Below, piece by piece: positions 1 through 7,412 of a stretch of DNA of 41,228 bases. Location: assembly GCA_022572335.1 (NCBI GenBank), contig JACZWD010000001.1, forward strand, positions 1 through 41,228, in the 5' to 3' direction. The notes beneath the pieces were generated by a model, which saw nothing but the letters and a program-made list of their open reading frames with translations, made no database searches and was not told where the DNA came from. Source of the stretch: Pseudomonadota bacterium. GTDB taxonomy: Bacteria; Pseudomonadota; Alphaproteobacteria; Rhodospirillales; 2-02-FULL-58-16. Made by a program: the position numbers and the translations under genes. Each line of letters opens with the position of its first letter. The first letter of the stretch is position 1.

Positions 1-92
1 CCCGGCTGGTGGGCCTCGCCGACCTCACCGGCGAAGGGGTGATCAAGCTCTCCGCCGGCAGGAAGCGCCACGCCGTCGTGCGCGCGGTCTAG
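1..92 (+). CDS. 3' end of an unidentified gene (…RLVGLADLTGEGVIKLSAGRKRHAVVRAV*), truncated by the window edge
   Basis: Frame 3 is open from the window edge to TAG at 90-92. Nearly every third codon position is G/C, as in the genuine genes here. 29 residues are too few to assign a family. Confidence 0.35.
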   Translation, partial: RLVGLADLTGEGVIKLSAGRKRHAVVRAV

Positions 93-258
93 GACATGGG
101 CCCATTAACCGGTGTCGCGGGCGGCGATGTCCGCTCACGGGCCCACACCGGTCAAGCGTAACCGACCCGGCGAACTACCGGGTTCGACGCGAAGCGGACA
201 TTCGTTGAATGACATGGTTCCGCAGTGATGCGGGGAAAAGAAAGAAGACGTCCCGTCC

Positions 259-1071
259 TCAGCTTGTCGGCTTCAGCGACTTCCAGTAATTGACGTTGAG
301 GTCCTTTATGAACCAGTCGTGGGCGCCGCCGAGGCAGCGGCGCATTGAAAAGCCGCTCGGGGTTAGGGCGTTTTCTCGGCAGTAATCGAAGTAACTGCGG
401 TTAAAGGCGAGAGAATCCTCGCTCAGTCCTTTTTCCGTGGCGGCCCCCTGCTGCCACAGGACGTCGCCGACGGCCGACGAGACCGACCCCTTGGCCGGCA
501 ACCGGTTGATGATGCGGTTGGTCAGCCGCGCCATGGCCAGGTTTTCGGGGTTCATCTTGGTCCAATAGGCGCCGGTGATTTTGAGCTCGCGGAAGGCCTG
601 CGCCTCGTCGCTGGCCGTTTGCGGCTCCGGATCGCCGTCCTGGGAAACGGGCACCAGCATCGCCAAGCGCTCGATCCTCAACGTCAGCCGGGCCAGGCCG
701 TGGCTTTTCAGGTACGACGCCGGCGCCGAAACGCGAAACGCCGAATGGCCGCGGAGGCTGGCGAAGCGGAGAACGCCCGGCGCCAGCGCCACCGTCCCGC
801 CATCCTTGCGGTGGCCGGTGACGGTAATGGCGCCCCGGTCCGGGCCGTGGAGGACATAGGACGTCAACGGCAACGGCGGCGTGCGGCTTTGCTGCAGGCA
901 GATAGCGGAGAACTCTGCGGAACAGGTGTCCCCGGCGCAGACCAGTTCCGCTTCTCCGCCCGTGGGCAGGGCGGCGACGATCTGCGGCGCCGCGTGGGCA
1001 TTGCCAGCGGAAAGGAAGGTGGTGGCAAAAGCGACGACCAAATAACGGACCCGGCGGCCGACGGACCTCAT
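259..1071 (-). CDS. hypothetical exported protein (270 aa), no family recognised
   Basis: Track ORF 259..1158 trimmed to ATG 1071..1069 (MRSVGRRVRYLVVAFATTFLSAGNAHA-AP). This gives a positively charged N-terminus, a hydrophobic core and an AHA-A signal-peptidase-like site. GGGGAG lies 6 nt upstream of this ATG. GC3-rich codon usage. Confidence 0.6.
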   Translation of the reverse strand: MRSVGRRVRYLVVAFATTFLSAGNAHAAPQIVAALPTGGEAELVCAGDTCSAEFSAICLQQSRTPPLPLTSYVLHGPDRGAITVTGHRKDGGTVALAPGVLRFASLRGHSAFRVSAPASYLKSHGLARLTLRIERLAMLVPVSQDGDPEPQTASDEAQAFRELKITGAYWTKMNPENLAMARLTNRIINRLPAKGSVSSAVGDVLWQQGAATEKGLSEDSLAFNRSYFDYCRENALTPSGFSMRRCLGGAHDWFIKDLNVNYWKSLKPTS

Positions 1072-1115
1072 GGACAGCTCCCCTGTTCGGACCGAAAAAA
1101 CGGACCTGAAGCCTG

Positions 1116-1145
1116 ATTTTGTCACGGGCCGGGACCGCCGGTCAA
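1116..1145 (-). promoter_or_regulatory. candidate sigma70-type promoter for the 259..1071 gene
   Basis: The minus strand reads TTGACC-N18-CAAAAT, with TG two nt upstream of the -10. It lies about 45 nt upstream of the ATG at 1071. Motif match only. Confidence 0.3.
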
Positions 1146-1476
1146 CAGCCCAAGCCACCCGACGATGTGCGAGAAGCGTTTTTTACGGGAAGAGAGGATC
1201 GGGTCTTCGGATGATGTGGTTGACCAGGTCTTATCCAAAGCTTTTCCTTGTAAAAGGGTCACTGACTTCCGCTCCTGGCACCATGCGGAAGCGCCCAAAC
1301 CCGCGGAATTGCGACCGCTGTTGGCGTAGAAGCCGACATCGGCGCCGCGCCGCCGACCCGACTCTCGTTTATCAGGGACACGCCCTGGACCCCGTAGGAA
1401 AACGGCCGGCTTTCCGCAGAAGGCGGGAGACGGATCCCGGTCATACCGGGCGTCCCGCCCCGAACCCACCCATGGC

Positions 1477-2175
1477 CTAATCCCGAACCAGGGCGAGGAA
1501 GGCGGCGGCGGCGCGGATGTCGGCGTGGAGCCGCCGGTAGCGGGCCTGGGCTTCCGCGTCCTCGCCCCACTTCTCCACCTGGTAGCTCTCGTCCAGTTGC
1601 GAGACCGCATGGGCCTCGTCGGCGCCGATGCGCCCGGCGGCGAGGGCCAGGGCGACGATCAGCGAGCCCGAGGCGCCGGCGATGCTGGCCAGGGCGGCGA
1701 GTTCCAGGTCGTCCAGGACCTCGACGGCGGCGCCGAGCGCATCCAGCGCCGCCTCGGGCTGGCCCACGGGCGTCACCCCGCGGGTGACCCTGAGCCGCGC
1801 CTGGTAGGTTTCCGCCGCCCAGTCGAGGAGCGGCTGCCAGGACGCCGCCTGACGGTCCGTGAGCTCGGGCGGCGAGTCCGCCCGGTAGCACAGCAGGTCG
1901 GTCCTGGCGTACCCAACGGCTTGTTCGATGACCTCGTGGCGGTGCGGCTCCACCCGGTCGATGGCGGCGTTGGCCAGTTGCATCATCGGCATGGTGTGCG
2001 GGCGGACGTTTTCCTCCTGGGCCTCCCATTCGCCGGCGACGGCCCGCGCCAGGGCCTCGGTGGGCAGGGCCAACGGCCGCCCCGCCGGCGTACGCACGGC
2101 GCGGCCGTCCAGGGTGACCGTGAAGCCGTCCCCGAGGGGCGCCACGTCCACCGCGCCGTAGAACCGCTTGGCCAT
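1477..2175 (-). CDS. ATP12 family F1-ATPase assembly chaperone homologue
   Basis: MAKRFYGAVDVAPLGDGFTVTLDGRAVRTPAGRPLALPTEALARAVAGEWEAQ…MPMMQLANAAIDRV is the characteristic ATP12/ATPAF2 N-terminal pattern. Start placed at ATG 2175; an in-frame TTG at 2184 sits 5 nt after an AGGAA and is an alternative. Confidence 0.8.
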   Translation of the reverse strand: MAKRFYGAVDVAPLGDGFTVTLDGRAVRTPAGRPLALPTEALARAVAGEWEAQEENVRPHTMPMMQLANAAIDRVEPHRHEVIEQAVGYARTDLLCYRADSPPELTDRQAASWQPLLDWAAETYQARLRVTRGVTPVGQPEAALDALGAAVEVLDDLELAALASIAGASGSLIVALALAAGRIGADEAHAVSQLDESYQVEKWGEDAEAQARYRRLHADIRAAAAFLALVRD

Positions 2176-2191
2176 GGCCGGCAATGCGTTC

Positions 2192-4837
2192 CTAATCCTT
2201 CTTGCCGCCGAAGAGGCTCTCCAGCGCCCCGCCGATCCCCTTGACGACGCTGCCGATGCCTTCGCTGACCCCCTTGGTGACGCTTTCGACGACGCCTTTT
2301 TCCTCTGTCTCCCCGGCGGCGGGCGCAGGCGCGGGCTGTTGCGTCGGGGCCGCGGAGGACGCCGTGGCCGGGGAAACCTTGCCCAGCGCCACCTGGCAGG
2401 GCGGCGCGCCTTCCGTCATCTTGTCGAACAGGCCCTCGGCGATCAGCGACAGCCCGCCCGTCGCCAGCGCCGCGCCGACGGACACCCCGGTCTTCGCCAC
2501 GCCCATTTCGTCGATGCCGACCCGGGGTTCGGCCAGGGTACCCTTGATGCGCACTAGGCCGGCCAGCCCCCCGAGGCCGATGCCCAGGCCCTCCTTGGCC
2601 CGCGGACGGACGGCGAGGTCCAGCGTCTCCGTCTTCAGGTTTACCGTGCCGCTGCCGACGACATTCATCTTCGTGGTTTCCACCGCGATGCCCTTGTCGG
2701 CGGTGGCCACCCCGTTCCTGATCGCCATGCGGACGACGGCGCAGATGAGGTGCGTGGTGTCGTCCTTCTCGGCCAACGGATTGAGGCTGGTGAAAGCCTC
2801 GGTCAACAGGTCGGCGCCGGCCAGGTCCACCGCCTTGTTGTTGATCCGGCCCTCGCCCAGGGTGGCCAGGATATCGCCGTCGAGCCCGGCCATGATGGCG
2901 CGCACCGAGGCGCCGCGGCCCGTCACCGAGATTTTCGCGTCGAGCCGGGTTTCGACGATGTCGGTGATCGCCATGTCCTTGAGCACCCGGCCCAGGTCCA
3001 CCTTGCGGGCCTCCAGGGCCACCGCCAGCCTGGGCGTCGCCCCGCCGGCATCCACGGTGATGTCGCCGCTCACCCGTCCGCCGGCCACCGTGGCCGTGAG
3101 GGGCTTGACCACCAGCCTTCCGTCACTAAGGGCGACCTCGACGGCGACGTCGCTGAGGACCAGGCCCCGGACCTTCACCCGTTCGGCGCGGAACGCGAGC
3201 TTCGCATCGGCGGCCCTGAGGCCGTCGAGGGGCAGCGGGTCGGCGGAAAAGAGCCGCACGGCGCCGCCCTCTTTCCCATTTTCCTTTTCCGTCTCCGTCT
3301 TTCCCTTCCCCTTGCCGGCCGGGGGCTCCTTGGCGGCGGGGGGCAGGAATTCGTCGAGATCGATCTGTTTCGAGGACAACCGGGCCTCGAGGCGCGGGCG
3401 CTGGCCGCCGAGGGTCACCGCGACGCGGCCCGCCAGGTCGCTGGCCCCGAGCTTCGCCGTGAGGTCGTCGACGGCGTAGCCGCCGCCCCCGCCGGTGAGG
3501 CGCCCGGCGATGCGGAAGGCGGGCCCCTTGGGCAGGGTCACGCCGGCGGCCCGGGAGAGCGGCGACAGGTCCCGGCCTTCGATGGCGAAGCCGAGGTCGA
3601 GGCCCGTCGCCCGCACGGCGTCCTCCACCCCGCCGGTCACCTTGACCAGCACCAGCCCGGCGCGGCCGATGGAAACGTCGATATCGGAAACCGAAAGCTT
3701 GTCCGCCGAGCCCCTGATGCGGGCGGACAGGCTGTAGGGCCCGACGGGCGGCAGCTCGATGTCCTCGAGCGCCGGCACCTGGGCGCGGACCGCCTCCACG
3801 ACGCGGGCCAGTTCCTCGCCGCGCACCGAGACGGTCACGTTCAGGCCCGTGGCCCGGACCGCGTCCTCCACCCCGCCGGCGGCCTTGATAAGCACCAGCC
3901 CGGCGCGGCCGATGGAAACGTCGATATCGGAAACCGAAAGCTTGTCCGCCGAACCCCTGATGCGGGCGGACAGGCTGTAGGGCCCGACGGGCGGCAGCTC
4001 GATGTCCTTGAGCGCCGGCACTTGGGCGCGGACCGCTTCCACGACGCGGGCCAGTTCCTCGCCGCGCACCGAGACGGTCACGTTCAGGCCCGTGACCTCG
4101 CGGGGCTGGCCGATGTCGCCCTCGACGCGCACCGAGGCGCCAAACGCTTTCGCCTCGACGAACACGGGAAACGGCCGGCCCTCGATCACCCGGTTGACCG
4201 ACCCGAAGCGCCCGGTCGCCTCGAACGGGGCGCCGTTGAAGACGCCCTTGAGGGCCAGGTGGAGGGGGCTGTCCAGGCCCTCGGCGCTGGCTTCCAGGCT
4301 GTCGAGGCCGATCACCGTGCGCCGGCCCGTGCGCCCGTCCCGGTAGGCGACCTTCAGGTCGCGGATGCGCACCTCGTGGACCACCGGCAGGGGGACCGCC
4401 GCGCCGCCCTCCTCGGCGGCCTTTCCGGCGGCCTCTTCGGGGGCCGCGAATTCCCAGTTGCCGCGGCCCCTGGCGTCGGTCTCGAGCAGGGCGTCGAGGC
4501 CGATCAGGACGACGCGGGTGACGCGCACGTCGCCGGTGAGCAGCGGCAGCAGTTCCACCTGCACCTCCAGGCGCCTGAGGGTGACCATCTCGGGGCGCGA
4601 GCCCCAGGGCGCGTTGGCAAACGTGACGCCTTCCACGGCCACGGCGGGAGTGAGCGAGATGTCCAGGCGCAGGTCGCCGGCGATGGTCAGGTCGCGGCCG
4701 GTGGCGGCCTTCACCTGTTCCGCGATCAAGCCGCGGTACTCGTTGAAATCCATGGACTTGAGCACGGCGACGCCGGCCACCACCACGGCGACCAGGAGGA
4801 CCGCGGTCACGGTGAGGACCGTCCACGCGCGTTTCAT
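2192..4837 (-). CDS. AsmA family protein (881 aa), N-terminal membrane anchor, internal 81-aa tandem duplication
   Basis: N-terminus MKRAWTVLTVTAVLLVAVVVAGVAVLKSMDFNEYRGLIAEQVKAATGRDLTIAGDLRLDISLTPAVAVEGVTFANAPWGS is typical of AsmA-like proteins. It has a long beta-rich body and a conserved C-terminal region. The ATG at 4837 overlaps the upstream stop (ATGA). Confidence 0.8.
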   Translation of the reverse strand: MKRAWTVLTVTAVLLVAVVVAGVAVLKSMDFNEYRGLIAEQVKAATGRDLTIAGDLRLDISLTPAVAVEGVTFANAPWGSRPEMVTLRRLEVQVELLPLLTGDVRVTRVVLIGLDALLETDARGRGNWEFAAPEEAAGKAAEEGGAAVPLPVVHEVRIRDLKVAYRDGRTGRRTVIGLDSLEASAEGLDSPLHLALKGVFNGAPFEATGRFGSVNRVIEGRPFPVFVEAKAFGASVRVEGDIGQPREVTGLNVTVSVRGEELARVVEAVRAQVPALKDIELPPVGPYSLSARIRGSADKLSVSDIDVSIGRAGLVLIKAAGGVEDAVRATGLNVTVSVRGEELARVVEAVRAQVPALEDIELPPVGPYSLSARIRGSADKLSVSDIDVSIGRAGLVLVKVTGGVEDAVRATGLDLGFAIEGRDLSPLSRAAGVTLPKGPAFRIAGRLTGGGGGYAVDDLTAKLGASDLAGRVAVTLGGQRPRLEARLSSKQIDLDEFLPPAAKEPPAGKGKGKTETEKENGKEGGAVRLFSADPLPLDGLRAADAKLAFRAERVKVRGLVLSDVAVEVALSDGRLVVKPLTATVAGGRVSGDITVDAGGATPRLAVALEARKVDLGRVLKDMAITDIVETRLDAKISVTGRGASVRAIMAGLDGDILATLGEGRINNKAVDLAGADLLTEAFTSLNPLAEKDDTTHLICAVVRMAIRNGVATADKGIAVETTKMNVVGSGTVNLKTETLDLAVRPRAKEGLGIGLGGLAGLVRIKGTLAEPRVGIDEMGVAKTGVSVGAALATGGLSLIAEGLFDKMTEGAPPCQVALGKVSPATASSAAPTQQPAPAPAAGETEEKGVVESVTKGVSEGIGSVVKGIGGALESLFGGKKD
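3601..4086. repeat. two tandem 243-bp units (3601-3843, 3844-4086) inside the AsmA-family CDS
   Basis: Manual alignment of the two units shows about 12 mismatches in 243 nt. The period is a multiple of 3 (81 aa; 4 aa differences). The first 8 nt of a third unit follow at 4087. Confidence 0.9.
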
Positions 4838-5532
4838 CCGTGGGCCTCCACGACGCTGTCCATGGCCCGCGCCAGGTCGGCGAAATCGCCGACCACCGCA
4901 AGGGCGCCCGCCGAGCGCAATTCCTCGGCCTCATGGTAGCCCCAGGCGACGCCGATGGACATGGTGCCGGCGTTGCGGGCCATTTCCATGTCGAAGGTGG
5001 TGTCGCCGACCATGACCGTCCGGTGCGCCTCGGCCCCGGTCTCCGCCATGGCGCGCAGCAGCATGTCGGGATGGGGCTTGCCGTGGGCGACGTCGGCGGT
5101 CTGCAAGGTGACGAAGCGGTCCGCGAGGTCGTGTGTCTCGAGGGTCGCCATCAGCCCGCGCCGCGCCTTGCCGGTGGCGACGCCGAGCAGCCACCCGGCG
5201 TCCTCCAGCGCGCTCAATCCCTCGATCACCCCGGGGAACAGGGGTTCCTTCACCTCGCCGGCCCGGCGCAGGGCGCCGAAGAAATCCCTGTAGCTTTCCC
5301 TGAGCCGGGCGTGCGCCTCGGCGCCCTCCTCGGGCATCAGCCGGGCAAAGGCTTCTTCGAGCGGCAGGCCGACCATGCGGCGCACCGCCTCCGGCCCGGG
5401 CCTGGCGATATCGTGCGCGTCGCAGGCCGCGTGCATGGCGGCGACGATGGAATGCTGGCTGTCCACCAGGGTGCCGTCACAGTCAAAGACCGCCAGGCGC
5501 ACGGACGCGGATGGGGACCTCTCTGGGATCAA
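4834..5532 (-). CDS. HAD-IA family hydrolase (phosphoglycolate phosphatase-like)
   Basis: Motif I is VFDCDGTLVDS. Downstream HAD motifs are present (GVATGK, GDTTFDMEMARNAG). The track start is a TTG at 5532 preceded by GGGAGAGG; a GTG at 5502 is an alternative. Confidence 0.85.
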   Translation of the reverse strand: MIPERSPSASVRLAVFDCDGTLVDSQHSIVAAMHAACDAHDIARPGPEAVRRMVGLPLEEAFARLMPEEGAEAHARLRESYRDFFGALRRAGEVKEPLFPGVIEGLSALEDAGWLLGVATGKARRGLMATLETHDLADRFVTLQTADVAHGKPHPDMLLRAMAETGAEAHRTVMVGDTTFDMEMARNAGTMSIGVAWGYHEAEELRSAGALAVVGDFADLARAMDSVVEAHG

Positions 5533-5722
5533 CGGACCTCTCCCTTCGCCGGCCCAATGGATAGCGCTGGCCTGCCGCCAGTTTATACGGTAGCGCCGCC
5601 GGTTTGAACCATGGTTCCCGGCAACGGGCCGTGGGTCGTTTCGATGGGCGGCTTATGGCGCGGAGCAAAATTGGGGTATGGTGGAAACATCCGCGTGTCT
5701 GGTATTCGAGAGAGGGAACGAC

Positions 5723-6304
5723 ATGATCCGTTGGAAAGTAAGGATTTCCGGTGTCCCGTTGGCGGTTGCCGTGGTCGCCGGACTGGCGGCGCCGGCCTCG
5801 GCGGATTACGAATCCGCGTTGGCGGCGCTGAAGTCCGGCGGCGACGTAGCGGCCGCGTGCACGGAGATAACGGCCCTGGCGGATGACGGAGACGCCGCCG
5901 CCATGCTCAGCGTCAGCGATTTCTACAAGAACGGCACCTGCGGCACGAAGGACACCGCCTTGGCGCGCCAATGGCACCGGTCCGCGGCCGAGCACGGGGA
6001 CGCGTACGCGCAGATGACTCTCGGCAGCAATTACCGGATCGGCAACGGGGGAATGGCGAAAGACTACGTGCTGGCCTACAAGTGGTACGCCATTGCCGCG
6101 GCGACGCCGAAACCGCGCTCCAAGGCGGTCCCGGGCGATGCGTTCGCCCAGCTCCTCCCCCTCACCGGGAACGCCAGCTTCGGCGACACGGCGGCGGACC
6201 TGCAGGCGGCGGCCCAGCGCGACCGCATGGCGAAAAAAATGACCCCGGCCCAGATCGAGAAGGCGAAAGAGCTGGTCCAGGAATGGAAGCCGAAGACGCG
6301 GTGA
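5723..6304 (+). CDS. Sel1-like repeat (SLR) protein, secreted
   Basis: Trimmed to ATG 5723, which is preceded by GAGAGGGA. Signal peptide MIRWKVRISGVPLAVAVVAGLAAPASA-DY. SLR-type repeats (ARQWHRSAAEHGDAYAQMTLGSNY…AYKWYAIAA). C-terminal MTPAQIEKAKELVQEWKPK, common in this family. Confidence 0.75.
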   Translation: MIRWKVRISGVPLAVAVVAGLAAPASADYESALAALKSGGDVAAACTEITALADDGDAAAMLSVSDFYKNGTCGTKDTALARQWHRSAAEHGDAYAQMTLGSNYRIGNGGMAKDYVLAYKWYAIAAATPKPRSKAVPGDAFAQLLPLTGNASFGDTAADLQAAAQRDRMAKKMTPAQIEKAKELVQEWKPKTR

Positions 6305-6367
6305 CCGACGATATGGTGAAGAAGGAGTTGGGAATTACGGGGATACCTTAATTTTAATTATGTCCGC

Positions 6368-7357
6368 TTAATCATAACCCTCCGGTTCCGCGAACGGCTC
6401 TCCGGCCGCCGCCTCGTCGAAGCCCAGGAAATTCCACGTCGCGGCCATGTGGCCGGGCAGGGGCGCGGTCACTTCGAGGACGCCGCCGGCCGGGTGCGGG
6501 ATGCGGATGGCGCGGGCGTGCAGGTGCAGCTTGCGGCTTACGCCTCCGCCGGCGAGGAAGGCGTCCCGGCCGCCGTACTTGCCGTCGCCCAGGATCGGCG
6601 TGCCCAGCGCCGCGCAGTGGGCGCGCAACTGGTGCGTGCGCCCGGTCAGCGGCTCGAGCACCAGCCAGGCGGTCTTCCTGCCCGCCTTTTCCACGACCCG
6701 GTACCGCGTGACCGCCTTTTTCCCGGCCCCGGCGGCGGGGGCGACCCGTTCGCCAACCCGTCCCGGCACCTTGGCCAACGCCAGGTCGATGCGCCCCCGG
6801 GCCGGCCGCGGCACCCCGGCGACGGCGGCCCAGTAGACCTTGCGCGCCGTCTTGGCGCGGAAGGCGGCGGCGAGCTTGGCCGCGGCGGCGGCGCTGCGGG
6901 CGAGCAGCAGCACCCCCGAGGTGTCCTTGTCCAGCCGGTGCACCAGCCGCGGCCTTTCATCGGAACCGTAGCGCAGCGCGTCGAGCATGGCGTCCAGGTG
7001 GTGGCGCGTCCCGGTCCCGCCCTGCACCGCCAGGCCGGGCGGCTTGTCGATGGCGATGACATGGGCGTCCCGGTGGATGACCCGGGCCCTGAGCGCCTCG
7101 GCCGCGCCCGCCGGCGGGGCGGGCGGCGCTTTCGCCGGCGGCGCCGTCTCCGCGACCAGCGGCGGCACGCGCACGCTCTGTCCGCTTTCCAGCCGGACGC
7201 CGGCCTTGGCCCGCCGGCCGTCGACGCGCACCTGGCCGGTGCGCAGCCACTTTTGCAGGCGGGCGTGGGTGACGTCGGGAAAATGGCGCCTGAACCAGCG
7301 GTCCAGGCGCAGGTCCGCCTCGTCGGGGGCGACGGGAATGGTCCTCACGCCGCTCAT
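6368..7357 (-). CDS. rluC: RluA-family 23S rRNA pseudouridine synthase, RluC-like (S4 domain plus catalytic domain)
   Basis: Trimmed to ATG 7357 (MSGVRTIPVAPDEADLRLDRWFRRHF…). S4-like N-terminal domain. Catalytic motif HRLDKDTSGVLLLA. The 76 codons upstream in the track ORF are Pro/Arg/Ser-rich shadow sequence. Confidence 0.85.
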   Translation of the reverse strand: MSGVRTIPVAPDEADLRLDRWFRRHFPDVTHARLQKWLRTGQVRVDGRRAKAGVRLESGQSVRVPPLVAETAPPAKAPPAPPAGAAEALRARVIHRDAHVIAIDKPPGLAVQGGTGTRHHLDAMLDALRYGSDERPRLVHRLDKDTSGVLLLARSAAAAAKLAAAFRAKTARKVYWAAVAGVPRPARGRIDLALAKVPGRVGERVAPAAGAGKKAVTRYRVVEKAGRKTAWLVLEPLTGRTHQLRAHCAALGTPILGDGKYGGRDAFLAGGGVSRKLHLHARAIRIPHPAGGVLEVTAPLPGHMAATWNFLGFDEAAAGEPFAEPEGYD

Positions 7358-7412
7358 GGCGGGAGCCGCCGGAGACGCGTCCGTCCACCGGCGGCGAAAA
7401 GCCCGAAGGCGG

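Noticed and set aside
1070-2244. Plus- and minus-strand ORFs of 136-256 aa covering the 1072-1476 spacer and the ATP12 gene.
   Set aside because: They have extreme Arg/Pro/Gly content and no start context. They overlap the ATP12 frame, which has clear family similarity.
2202-4939. Several 400-730-aa ORFs on both strands overlapping the AsmA-family gene (2202..3479 +, 2750..4939 +, 3126..4934 -).
   Set aside because: Same shadow-ORF phenomenon. They are Arg/Pro/Gly/Ala-dominated, and only the 2192..4837 minus frame gives a membrane anchor plus AsmA-like sequence. The repeated peptides in the plus-strand ORFs at 3495-4346 are just the 243-bp duplication read in another frame.
5483-5995. A 170-aa minus-strand ORF and a 91-aa plus-strand ORF across the divergent HAD/Sel1 promoter region.
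   Set aside because: They overlap the better-supported Sel1 gene and the HAD 5' end. Their composition is typical of shadow frames. TATAAA (minus strand, 5587..5582) is a possible -10 element for the HAD cluster, but I found no convincing -35, so I did not call it as a feature.
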